This document shows positions 42,701 to 52,600 of a stretch of DNA of 64,000 nt, one piece after another. The notes below the pieces were generated by a model. It saw only the letters and a list, made by a program, of their open reading frames with translations, did no database searches and had not been told where the DNA came from. Source of the stretch: Eledone cirrhosa (Eukaryota); assembly GCA_964016885.1 (NCBI GenBank), contig OZ024743.1:358236001-358300000 (forward strand). Direction: 5' to 3'. How positions within the stretch are numbered: position 1 is the first letter of the stretch; each line of letters opens with the position of its first letter. A program made the position numbers and the translations under genes.

Positions 42701-42737
<37 letters not shown>

Positions 42738-42859
42738 GTTATTAATGTATGTGTGTATATATGTGTGAGTGTATGTGTATGTATGTGTGTGTGTATATAT
42801 GTATGTATGTGTATGTATGTGTGTGTGTATATATATGTGTATATATATATATATGTATA

Positions 42860-42902
<43 letters not shown>

Positions 42903-42942
42903 TTTCCCTTTTTTTTTTTTTTTTTTTTTTATTTTATTTATT

Positions 42943-42990
<48 letters not shown>

Positions 42991-43056
42991 TTTTTTTTTT
43001 TTTTTTTTTTTTATTGTGCAATGGCCATACTCGATAACGAGGGGGCAGCCATCATG
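41890..43056 (+). mobile_element. RTE-clade LINE 3' fragment with three C-terminal C2H2 zinc fingers; 3' UTR interrupted by microsatellites; (TATG)n on both sides
   Basis: SIEA...RLRWSGHLARM...PKQLFYGEL..GKR....PKKRYKDSLK, then three CX2CX12HX3-4H units, stop at 42567. Probable terminus GGCCATACTCGATAACGAGGGGGCAGCCATCATG at about 43023-43056. Confidence 0.8.
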
Positions 43057-43097
43057 TATGTATGTATGCATGTGTGTATGTATGCATGTATGTATGT

Positions 43098-43637
43098 ATG
43101 TATGTATGTATATATGTCAGATCGCTCTCGAGTGCTACTGGTAACATGTAACCCAGTAACCTGTTTCATGGTCGGGACGTCGGCGACTAAACCGGCAACC
43201 CCACCAAGCTTGCTTGGTGAGGAGGGTGATATTTGGACACCCTGTGGGATGAAATACAAGACTCAGCAACAGCGGAGGAACTTGGCAGAGTCAACGGCCA
43301 TCCAAATAGTACTTTTTTTTTCCCCTTTGAGTGAAAGGCCCCCAGTTGTTGTCACACCACCTTTCTTCGAGAGGGAAACTCTGAATAAAAAACCAGCGGC
43401 TTCGGAAGCATCCGATGATGTTGACCAGTTCTCCTTTTCGGGTAGTGTTTTCGATGCTCAGAGAGTGAGATTGGTCAAGTGCAAGGCCTTTCCCCACTTA
43501 AAAAAACCTTGAAAGCTCAGGCATTGCTTGTTCACGATACTCTACAGGTTCGTGTGGCTGGCCATAGCCTAAAAGTGCACCAAACTCTGACAAGCGATTG
43601 CAGTACACTTAGCAGAGTTTGCAGCCATCATGTATGT
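43098..43637 (+). mobile_element. Probable non-autonomous or internally deleted RTE-related element
   Basis: About 540 bp of unique sequence starting right after (TATG)n and ending in GCAGCCATCATGTATGT, identical to the end of the preceding RTE fragment. Confidence 0.5.
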
Positions 43638-43750
43638 CTCTGCTATATCAAGCGTTAACCTAATATATACCTTCCATATACTGTATCGATTGTGTTGTTA
43701 TTTCTGTTTACGTTTTACATACATATATATATGTATGTATGTATAAATAA

Positions 43751-43778
43751 ATAGATAGATAGATATATAGATAGATAC
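43751..43778. repeat. Imperfect (GATA)n at the 3' junction of Tx1 copy C
   Basis: ATAGATAGATAGATATATAGATAGATAC. Confidence 0.9.
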
Positions 43779-43994
43779 ATTTCTTTATTTACCATAAAGG
43801 CATAAAAAGAAGGGACAAATACAAAGGGGGAGTTTACATATAATCGAGTAAAAAGGGTGTAACGTGAAAATAATCGAAAATAACCTCAAAAGGGAGGGGA
43901 CGTGATGGGGGTTGCACACACCCCCGAAAAAGTGTGCAATCCTTTGCCCGGGGAGCACATGGAGAAGGTGCTCCCCTCTCCTTTACTTCTTTAC

Positions 43995-46900
43995 CTACAG
44001 GATGGTATACAGAGAAGGCCCATTTACACGAGCCATTCTCGCCACTATCACCCACCTTTCATAAAACTGCCTGTGGCCAAGCACCTCTCTCTCCATTCTT
44101 ATCCTTCTTCCGAAGTGATATCGGAAGAAGTAGACCAGACTATGGCCAGAGAGGAAGTTGCCTGACCTCAGACCTTTCAATCGTGTCCACCAAACAACCT
44201 CTTTCAACATGGCTATTACGCACAGAAAAACCGCCTTTGCTTCCTTTGTGAAGAGGGGAGGCGGTTTGATTGTCATCACAGACTCGGCGGTCAATTTAAT
44301 CGGCGCCACCCGCGACAGCAGTTGTTCGGCGTAGCCCCACAGATCAGCCACGCCCGGACATTGCACCAATGCGTGCGCTACGGTTTCTTCGTGACGCACG
44401 CATCTAGGGCAAATCTTTTTTGAGGGATCCCTGCCCGGGCGCCCGTGTCTGTAGAGCCTCTCTCGAACGGGTAGAGCCCCCCGGTAGCACTGCCAGGCCA
44501 GTGACTTCTGGAAGTTGTCCATTGGTCCTGGGCCGAAAGTCCTACCGAACAGGCTGGCCAGTTCGTCTTCTTCCATGTCCAGCGACTCTCCAAGGGTGTC
44601 ATCGCCCCTGCTAGCCACCAGCCCTCTATAGAATGATGAGGTGGATTCTCCACCGATGGCCCGGCCCGCTTGCCAGAGAGCCCTGAGCGCCTGAGCACAC
44701 TCAGTGTGCCAGTCTCCCAGTTTTCCGGATCTTTGCTTGACCCAGGACTGTAGCTCGGTGAGTGAGACGAGTCTCGGAAAGGCTCGTTTCACGAACGGAG
44801 CCCACACCGGTTGACCAGTGAGGAATACCTGTAGGTGCCGTAGCCTTAATGCGTGCCTACGCATCATCAACCACGGCATCCCCAGCCCTCCTTTCGAAGG
44901 TTGTTGGCAGCAGATGGATCTTCTCACCATAGGAGGACGCTTCTTCCAAAGAAATTGGAAGAGCATGCGTTCCATGGTGGTGAGTGTTTCCTTAGGGCAA
45001 GGCACGACAGTCAGGCGGTAGTAAGTGACGGACGCTATGTAAATGTTCGCCACCTCCGCCCGGCCTTTTAGGGACAGCTTACACTTGGCCCATTTCTGGG
45101 TTAGTGCAAACACCTTGTTCGTAACCTCGTTCCAGTTCTTTTCCACCTGGAGGTCCGGTCCAAACCAGACCCCAAGCAACTTTACCGGGCCCTCCGTCCA
45201 GTGTCCGACGACACCATCGGGAGGCATAGGTCTGCCTCTCCACGTTCCGAGTTGCAGCCCGATGGATTTTTCCCGGTTCAGTTTCGCTCCTGACAACCTT
45301 TCGTACTCCTCCAGTAAGGTACCGATCGCCTCGATCTCCGAGTCGGTTGATACCATTACTGTTACGTCATCGGCGTAGGCCGACACCGCTTTGCTCAATC
45401 CTGGTTCCAGGGGGATACCCTGCAACAACTCCAACTTCCTCAGTAAAGGCTCGAGAGTCAATACGTACAGAAGGGAGGAGAGAGGGCACCCCTGTCGAAT
45501 GGATCGTGTGATTTCGAACGGCTTCGAAAGGTAGCCGTTCACCTTGATCCTAGAACAGATGTGGTTGCTATGTAGGGCAGTGATCCAGCCTCTGAAAACA
45601 GGACCGAACCCAGCCGCCGCTAGCACCGCATCCAGGTAACCATGGTCGACCCTATCGAAGGCCTTAGACTGATCCAAGTTGATCAGGGCCCCACCGAAGC
45701 CGGGTTTGTTGCCAACCCTCTCTATGATGTATCGCATGAGGTGGAGGTTATCGTGAATGGACCTGGATGGGATAGCACATGTCTGCGCATCTCCCACCAG
45801 GCCACCCACGACAAGCGCCAACCTCTTTGCTAACACCTTGGCCAAAATCTTTAACTCTGTGTTTAGCAGGGTTATGGGCCGAAAATTATTTATACTATCC
45901 CCCTTGTTCTCGTCCTTCCTCACCAGCGTGACTACGCCCTTGGCTACAGAACAAGGAATTCTCCCGTTCTGCTGCCAATTGCAGTAGACCGCTTCGAGGA
46001 GTTCGGAGAAGAAGACCGGCATTGCTAAATAAAGTTCGTAAGGTATACCATCGAGACCTGGAGATTTGCGTCTGCTGCATTGGCTCAGCGCATCTCCGAT
46101 CTCATCAGCCGAGATTGGTCCCTCGCAGGACTCCGCCTCTTTGTTCGAGAGACGCGGCAGGCCGTCGAGGTATGGACCGAAATCCACGCCCCGGCCCGGA
46201 CCCTCGCCTCCCCCGAACAATCGGGCAAAGTGCTTTTGAAAGGCCTCGCACATCTGCTTAGGCTCCCGGATCACTCGTCCATCTTCGTCTTGCAACGACC
46301 GGATGGTGGATCGATTTCCACTTTTAGCTTCTGTCACGCGGGCCCATCCAACGGCTTTGGCCCCCTCATTACCTAGAGCACGTATTTTACTTCGAATGAC
46401 GCAGCCTTCATGCTTTGCATCGAAAAACTGGTTCAAGGCCGTCCTCGATGCCAGCACTCTGGCCACATCTTCGCTCTTGATTGCCTCTTCTAATTTACCT
46501 GTTAATTCTTTCTCGTTTCTATTCCTATTGGCAGCTAACATCTTGCTATAACTTATTGATTCTGTTCTAATCTCTCTTTTGAGAGATGCCCACCATCGGT
46601 TGTTGACGATTGCACCCGTCAACCTCTCCTTAACTAATCTGCTAATCCGGTTTCTGTAAGTCTCTTTTGCCGGTAAAGACAAATTAAGTTTCCAGTAACC
46701 GGGACCCTGTCTATGTGTTTTCTCGAGATTGACCACGCAGGTCACTAATTTGTGATCCGTGTAGCCAACCGTGCGCATTTCTGGACAGCTTAATATGTCC
46801 CTATCCTTACTTCTAACTAAGAATCTATCTAAGTACGATCTAGATTGACCACTGTGGTTTCTCCAAGTCCAGGTAGGCACAGTTGGAAAATCTAGTCGAT

Positions 46901-47432
46901 ATCTATCGACCAAGTTAAAACGGTCGAGTAACCCCTTGAGGCTGTTACACCCCCCTCTATTAGGACATGCTCCTGCATAGTCCCAACGTGCATCTAGGAT
47001 GTCATTCCAATCCCCCGCTAGAAGCAGGGAACGCGACGTTCCCAGAAAAGTCTCCAAACGCTGGAAGAAGTCGGGCCGTTCAGCTCCGAAAGGGGAGTAG
47101 ACGGCGACCAGTCTCAAGGCCGCACTTTCACTACTGCCAACGTCTAGCACCAACAAACGACCCTCCGGGTCCGAGTGCACAACCTGTACGGCAAGACCCA
47201 GGTGTTTTTGCAGCAGCACGACAACCCCACCCCCACCTCCAGGTTGACAGAGAGATGCATGCACCTCAAAGTCATCGAAGGTGGGGGCCAGCTGCCGCAT
47301 GACGCTGATTCGAGTCTCACAGATAACCATTACATTTATACTACATGACCTGAGGTCATTTAGAAGCTTTGCTTGCTTCCAAGTTGAGCCCAGGCCACGT
47401 GCATTCAAACATCCTACTCTTAACACATCCAT
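43995..47432 (-). CDS. ORF2p: APE endonuclease, reverse transcriptase and C-terminal CCHC (zf-RVT-like), Tx1/L1 clade, 1145 aa
   Basis: APE: LNARGL, CETR, VYSP, GDWN, RSYLDRFL, TDH. Linker GPGYWKLN. RT: SPGLDG, NFRPITLLN, DQSKAFDRV, RQGCPLS, YADD, LLGV. GGLG. CPRCVRHEETVAHALVQC. Confidence 0.96.
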   Translation of the reverse strand: MDVLRVGCLNARGLGSTWKQAKLLNDLRSCSINVMVICETRISVMRQLAPTFDDFEVHASLCQPGGGGGVVVLLQKHLGLAVQVVHSDPEGRLLVLDVGSSESAALRLVAVYSPFGAERPDFFQRLETFLGTSRSLLLAGDWNDILDARWDYAGACPNRGGCNSLKGLLDRFNLVDRYRLDFPTVPTWTWRNHSGQSRSYLDRFLVRSKDRDILSCPEMRTVGYTDHKLVTCVVNLEKTHRQGPGYWKLNLSLPAKETYRNRISRLVKERLTGAIVNNRWWASLKREIRTESISYSKMLAANRNRNEKELTGKLEEAIKSEDVARVLASRTALNQFFDAKHEGCVIRSKIRALGNEGAKAVGWARVTEAKSGNRSTIRSLQDEDGRVIREPKQMCEAFQKHFARLFGGGEGPGRGVDFGPYLDGLPRLSNKEAESCEGPISADEIGDALSQCSRRKSPGLDGIPYELYLAMPVFFSELLEAVYCNWQQNGRIPCSVAKGVVTLVRKDENKGDSINNFRPITLLNTELKILAKVLAKRLALVVGGLVGDAQTCAIPSRSIHDNLHLMRYIIERVGNKPGFGGALINLDQSKAFDRVDHGYLDAVLAAAGFGPVFRGWITALHSNHICSRIKVNGYLSKPFEITRSIRQGCPLSSLLYVLTLEPLLRKLELLQGIPLEPGLSKAVSAYADDVTVMVSTDSEIEAIGTLLEEYERLSGAKLNREKSIGLQLGTWRGRPMPPDGVVGHWTEGPVKLLGVWFGPDLQVEKNWNEVTNKVFALTQKWAKCKLSLKGRAEVANIYIASVTYYRLTVVPCPKETLTTMERMLFQFLWKKRPPMVRRSICCQQPSKGGLGMPWLMMRRHALRLRHLQVFLTGQPVWAPFVKRAFPRLVSLTELQSWVKQRSGKLGDWHTECAQALRALWQAGRAIGGESTSSFYRGLVASRGDDTLGESLDMEEDELASLFGRTFGPGPMDNFQKSLAWQCYRGALPVRERLYRHGRPGRDPSKKICPRCVRHEETVAHALVQCPGVADLWGYAEQLLSRVAPIKLTAESVMTIKPPPLFTKEAKAVFLCVIAMLKEVVWWTRLKGLRSGNFLSGHSLVYFFRYHFGRRIRMEREVLGHRQFYERWVIVARMARVNGPSLYTIL

Positions 47433-47465
47433 GTGGGCGGCAGAGCCAAAGGAGAGTGTAGAGAC

Positions 47466-49343
47466 CTACCTTTCCGCTTCCCGGGGTTCGGGTTGCACGA
47501 CTTCCATGGGGTCGGGGGTGTTGGGTGAAGGGGTGTCTTGTGGTGGTGTGGGGTCGTCGGTGTGTGGTGGGGTTGGGGTGTTTGGAGTTGTGTTGGGGAG
47601 GGGAAGGGGAGGGGGAAAGCTTTTTAGTAGGACGCGGTTTATGGGTTTGACAGAGGGTGGTCCTACGTCCTCCTTAAAATCCTTTTTTAGTTTTTGGTAG
47701 AGGTTCATTGGGATTTTTATTAGTTTTAAATGTGGGTGGTTTTCTGATGAAACAAAGTTTACACCTTCGGTTTGTACCGAAGGATTATTGTATATGAGTT
47801 CATTTAATTTATTATTGTTTCTGTTGATGTAAGTATAGTGTAATGTCTTTTTTTCCGATGGTGTGAGTGTTTCGAAGAGGGGAGGGGCAGGTTTGGTTTT
47901 GTTTGTTGCTGGAGGGGTGTTTTCTGTTTTGTTAGATTGTGTTGCGATTTGGGTGGGGGTTGTTTGTCCTTGTGTGTTTTGCACATGTTTTCTTTTTTTC
48001 CTTTTAATCTGTCTGAAGGACTCCGTTTCTTCCTCCGAATTCGTTGGGTTATCTTCAGTGTTGGAGGGAAGAGGTATGTTTGCTGGTAATGTTTCCGTGT
48101 TGGTTTTCTTTGTGGGGGAGATGGATGTCACTATGTTAGACTGTGTTGTGTGTTGTGTCTGCGGTGGTTGTGTTGTTTTATTGAGTGAGAGGTTGGGTGG
48201 GCCTGTATTTTGTTTTGGGGTAATGTGTTGTGACTGTTTGTGTTGTGGTGGTGTTGTGGTGTTACTGAGGGACGGGTTGGGTGGGACTGAGTTTTGTTGT
48301 TTGTTTATCTGTTGTGGTGGTGGTGGTGGAGCTGGTGTTGGTAGCAGGGTTTTCTTTTTGTTGAGTTGGGGACAAGCGGCCTTCAGGTGCCCTCTGCCTG
48401 CACAGATATGGCAGGACGGCCTTCTCCCCTCCACGCTAATGTTTATATACCCGTGGTCCTCTAATAGGATTCTGTCGGGTATTTGGGCGATGCGTTCAGG
48501 CTTCATTTGTACTACCAGCTCTATACCTGTTCCACTGAACGCATTGCCTGTGGTTTTCCCAATGGAAATCACGTTGTCATTCACTGGATCGATGAAGCCA
48601 GCTATGAGCCAGCAGTAGTCCACATCTGGCATCATTGCATCCAGCCATATGCGTTGAGTTTTTTTCCCCATATAAGATGGATAAAAGGTGAAATTTTTCG
48701 AACGAATCGGTGACAAAGCACATTTTTTTGCCGCCGATTCGTTCTTCATGATAATTGCTAGGCTTCCATACAGTCTGTCTTTTCTTATGAAAGTTGTTTC
48801 ATTCAGTACTTCTGCGAGTACTGTTTTGATATCTGCTTGAGAAGGCTGTTCAGGTTTTTTTGTACTGTTGTTGATGGTCCGAAACTTGACCGTTCGGCTT
48901 TCAATGTCTTTCGTGAATTCTTGAGGCATTTTTACCAATAAAATACCATTCTCACCTTCACTTATGTATTGTTTTGCGTCCGTGATCCTTCGTACCACAT
49001 CTGAAATGTTTTCCGCTATATAAGTCAAAGATTTCTTTGTTTTCTGTGCAAATGAAATCTTGTCGTCTGCTTTGTTTTCTGATATTATGTTATTTTCAAC
49101 TGTTATTTTTTTGTTTGTTGTGTCTTTGTTTGTGTTATTAGTATTGTCATGCAATTTTTCAAATTTTTTTTTTTCGTTGTTTTCGTCATTTAATTTTTTC
49201 TCCGCAGATTCGTCCGTTTTTATTTTCATTTTTCCTTCCTTCTCTATGACGTTAGTTGGGAAGGAAGGGAGGACTAAAGCGTGCGAGCTTACAACTCTTA
49301 CCGCTGTCCCCCCACCACTATTTTCGTTCGCTGCGTTTAACAT
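47466..49343 (-). CDS. ORF1p: gag-like nucleic-acid chaperone with one CCHC zinc knuckle and a Pro/Thr/Gln-rich disordered region, 625 aa
   Basis: CHICAGRGHLKAAC (CX2CX4HX4C). Homologous frames occur in copies B, D and F. Confidence 0.9.
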   Translation of the reverse strand: MLNAANENSGGGTAVRVVSSHALVLPSFPTNVIEKEGKMKIKTDESAEKKLNDENNEKKKFEKLHDNTNNTNKDTTNKKITVENNIISENKADDKISFAQKTKKSLTYIAENISDVVRRITDAKQYISEGENGILLVKMPQEFTKDIESRTVKFRTINNSTKKPEQPSQADIKTVLAEVLNETTFIRKDRLYGSLAIIMKNESAAKKCALSPIRSKNFTFYPSYMGKKTQRIWLDAMMPDVDYCWLIAGFIDPVNDNVISIGKTTGNAFSGTGIELVVQMKPERIAQIPDRILLEDHGYINISVEGRRPSCHICAGRGHLKAACPQLNKKKTLLPTPAPPPPPQQINKQQNSVPPNPSLSNTTTPPQHKQSQHITPKQNTGPPNLSLNKTTQPPQTQHTTQSNIVTSISPTKKTNTETLPANIPLPSNTEDNPTNSEEETESFRQIKRKKRKHVQNTQGQTTPTQIATQSNKTENTPPATNKTKPAPPLFETLTPSEKKTLHYTYINRNNNKLNELIYNNPSVQTEGVNFVSSENHPHLKLIKIPMNLYQKLKKDFKEDVGPPSVKPINRVLLKSFPPPLPLPNTTPNTPTPPHTDDPTPPQDTPSPNTPDPMEVVQPEPREAER

Positions 49344-49577
49344 TTCTGTTAGACGATTGAAATTTTTTACACAAAATTTTTTTTTAAAACAGGTTTTTCA
49401 CCTCTAGGAGGGGTAAAGATGAGCTGACCCACCGCCTGACAGTTCAGACGGAGGGTCAAGCTACACAATTGTATCAAAATTAAGTTTGAACTCACAAAAT
49501 TTCCTCAATAAATTTGAACAAAACTTCTGTGCGAAGTGAATGACATCCACACTGTAGAACAGACGACAGCTAGATTT

Positions 49578-49627
<50 letters not shown>
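49578..49627. repeat. (GATA)n spacer between copies C and D
   Basis: Direct reading. Confidence 0.97.
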
Positions 49628-49648
<21 letters not shown>

Positions 49649-52600
49649 TTCTTTATTTGCCACAAGGGCACACAAGAAAAGGGGACAATACAAAGACATG
49701 CCGGGGAATTTACATACAGTCGTGTAAAAAATATAAAACAAACAATTATAACAATCGAAATCCCCAATAGAGGGGGGGGCACAAATGGGTTGTCTAATAC
49801 CCCGTAGATAGAACAACCCTCAACTTCAGGAGCGTGTTGTGCAAGTGCACCTTTCTTCCTTTTGTTCTCTTCTTTAACCTACAGGCTTATAAACAGAGAC
49901 GGCCCAATCACTCGGGCCATTTTCGCTTCATTCACCCACCTTTCAGTAAATTTACTGGGGTGCAGTGCCTCTCTCTCCACTCTGATTCCCCTTCTAAAGT
50001 GATACTTAAAGAAGGGAATCAATTGTTGTCCGGAGAGAAAGGCATCTGTCCTCAGTCCTCTCAATCTCGTCCACCATATAACCTCTTTCGCCATAGCCAC
50101 TGTGCAGAAGAAAACCGCCCCTCTTTCGTTTTTCAAAGAGGCTGGTGGTTTGATCCTTACTATGGACTCGGCAGTCAACTGGATTTGTCCCATACGCGAC
50201 AGCAGTTGTTCTGCATAGTTCCACAGGTCGGTTACGCCCGGGCAGTGTACAATTGCCTGCAGGACGGTTTCAATGTCCTGCGCGCATCTTGGACACTTCC
50301 TCTTGGAAGGATCCCTGCCGGGGCGTCCGTGCCTGTAGATCTTGTCACGAACTGGAAGAGCTCCTCGGTAGCACTGCCGGGCCAGGGACCTCTGGAAGTT
50401 GTCCATAGGTCCCGGGCGGAAAGTCCTACCAAACAGACTGGTGAGCTCATCGTCTTCGACGCCCAGAGTCTCTCCGAGCACGTCGTCGCCCTTGTAACGT
50501 ACAATCCCTCTATAGAATGTCGAAATGAAGACTCCACTGATTGCTGTGCCCGCTTGCCAGAGGACTGTGAGCGCCTGAGCGCATTCAATGTGCCAGGCGC
50601 CCATCGTTTTCGGTCTTTTCTTGACCCAGGACTGCAGCTCCGTCAGCGAGATGAGCTGCTGAAAGTCTGTCTCACAAACGGTGCCCACACCGGTTGGGGG
50701 TCGGTGAGGAATACCTGGAGATGCCGCAACCTCAGCGCATGTTTGCGCATCGCATCATCAACCACGGCATTCCCAGCCCTCCGTTGGAAGGGTGCTGACA
50801 GCAGACGGATCTCCTCACCAGCGGAGTCTGCTTCTTCCACATAAACTGGAAGAGCATGCGTTCCATCTTGGCGAGCTGTTCACGGGGACAAGACACGACA
50901 GTCAAGCAGTAGTAGATGACGAACGCTATGAATGTGTTCGCCACCTCCGCTCGACCTTTCAAGGAGAGTTTGCAATCAGCCCAATTCTGGGTGAGTGCAA
51001 ACACCTTCGCCGTGACCTCGTTCCAGTTCTTGTCCACCTGGAGGTCTGGACCAAACCAGACCCAGAGCAATTTCCCCGGTCCTTCCGTCCAGCGTCCAAC
51101 GACACTGAAGGAAGACATGGGTTTGCCTCTCCATGTGCCGAGTTGCAAATCGACAAATTTGGCCGGGTTTAGTTTTGCTCCCGTCAGCGTTTCGTATTCT
51201 TTCAGTAAGTTGCCGATCACCCCGATTTCCGAGGTGCTCGACACCATTACCGTCACGTCGTCGGCATAAGCTGACGCCGCTTTGCGCAGTCCCGATTTTA
51301 GAGGGATGCCCTGCAACAGCTCCAATTTCCGCAGTAGTAGCTCTAGAGTCAATACATACAGAATTGAGGAGAGAGGGCATCCCTGTCGAACGGAAGGCGT
51401 GATTGCGAACGGCTCCGATAGGTAGCCGTTCACCTTGACCCTTGAGCAGATGCTGGTGTGCATCGCCTCGATCCAGCCTCTGAAAACAGGACCGAAAAAG
51501 TCGCCTTGAGAACCGCTTCCAAGTATCGATGGTCGACCCTATCGAATGCCTTAGACTGATCCAAATTGATCAGAGCCCCACTGAAGCCGGGTTTACTACC
51601 CACCCTCTCTATGATTTATCGCATGAGGTGGAGGTTGTCGTGTATGGACCTGGTCGGGATTGCACACGTTTGCGCTTTCCCTACCAGGTTCTCGACGACA
51701 AGCGCCAACCTCGTCGCTAGCACCTTGGCCAAAATATTTAACTCTGTGTGGAGCAGAGTTATGGGCCTGAAATTGTGAATTTCGTCCCCCTTGTTTTTGT
51801 CTTTCCTGATCAGCGTTACTACGCCCTTGCCTGCAGAACTGGGAATTCTCTCGTTCTGCTGCCAATTGCAGTAGACGGCTTCAAGGATGCCAGAGAACAA
51901 GTCCGGCATGCCTATGTAAAACTCATAGGGTAGACCATCGAGACCGGGTGATTTGTGTTTACCGCAGCGGCCCAGAGTGTCCCATATCTCAGTGTCCGTG
52001 ATCGGTCTTTCGCATAACTCGGCGTCCGTGTTCGAGAGACGCGGCAGGCCGTCGAGGTATGAACTAAAGTCCATTGCCCGTTTAGGTCACTGTCGTTCTG
52101 CTCAAACAGTCGCGCAAAGTGCTGCTGAAAAGCCGCGCACATTTGCTTGGGGTCAAGTAGCACGCGTCCGTTTAGGTCTTTCAAAGACCGAATCATAGAC
52201 TTGTTGCCACTTTTTGCCTCTGCCACTCGGGCCCAGCTGACAGCTTTCGCTCCTTCGTTTCCTAGAGCACATGTTTTGCTTCTGACTACGCAACCTTCGT
52301 GTTTCGCATCGAAGAACTGGTCCAGTGCCGTTCTCGACGCTAACACTCTAGCCGCGTTGCCACTTCTAAGTGCCTCCTCTACCTTGGCTACTAGTTCTCT
52401 TTCTATTTTGTTTTTCTCTAAGGTTAACTCTCTGCTAAACCCTATCGATTCTACTCTAATTGCTTTCTTGAGAGAGTACCACCATCTATTGTTGACAATG
52501 GCTCTCGTTAACTGTTGCTTGACTAGTCTACTTATCTGTTCACCGTAAGCTTTACGTGCCGGCAACGATACGCTCAGCTTCCAGTATCCGGGTCCCTGTC

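Larger units (their letters stand above)
43779..49577 (-). mobile_element. Tx1-group LINE copy C, full length (about 5.8 kb), both ORFs intact
   Basis: About 230-nt 5' UTR, ORF1, 33-nt spacer, ORF2, about 215-nt 3' UTR ending AATAAAGAAA. (GATA)n on both sides. Confidence 0.96.

Noticed and set aside
43098-43200. HDV-like ribozyme at the start of the putative RTE-derived unit
   Set aside because: I could not build consistent P1, P2 and P1.1 pairings by eye.
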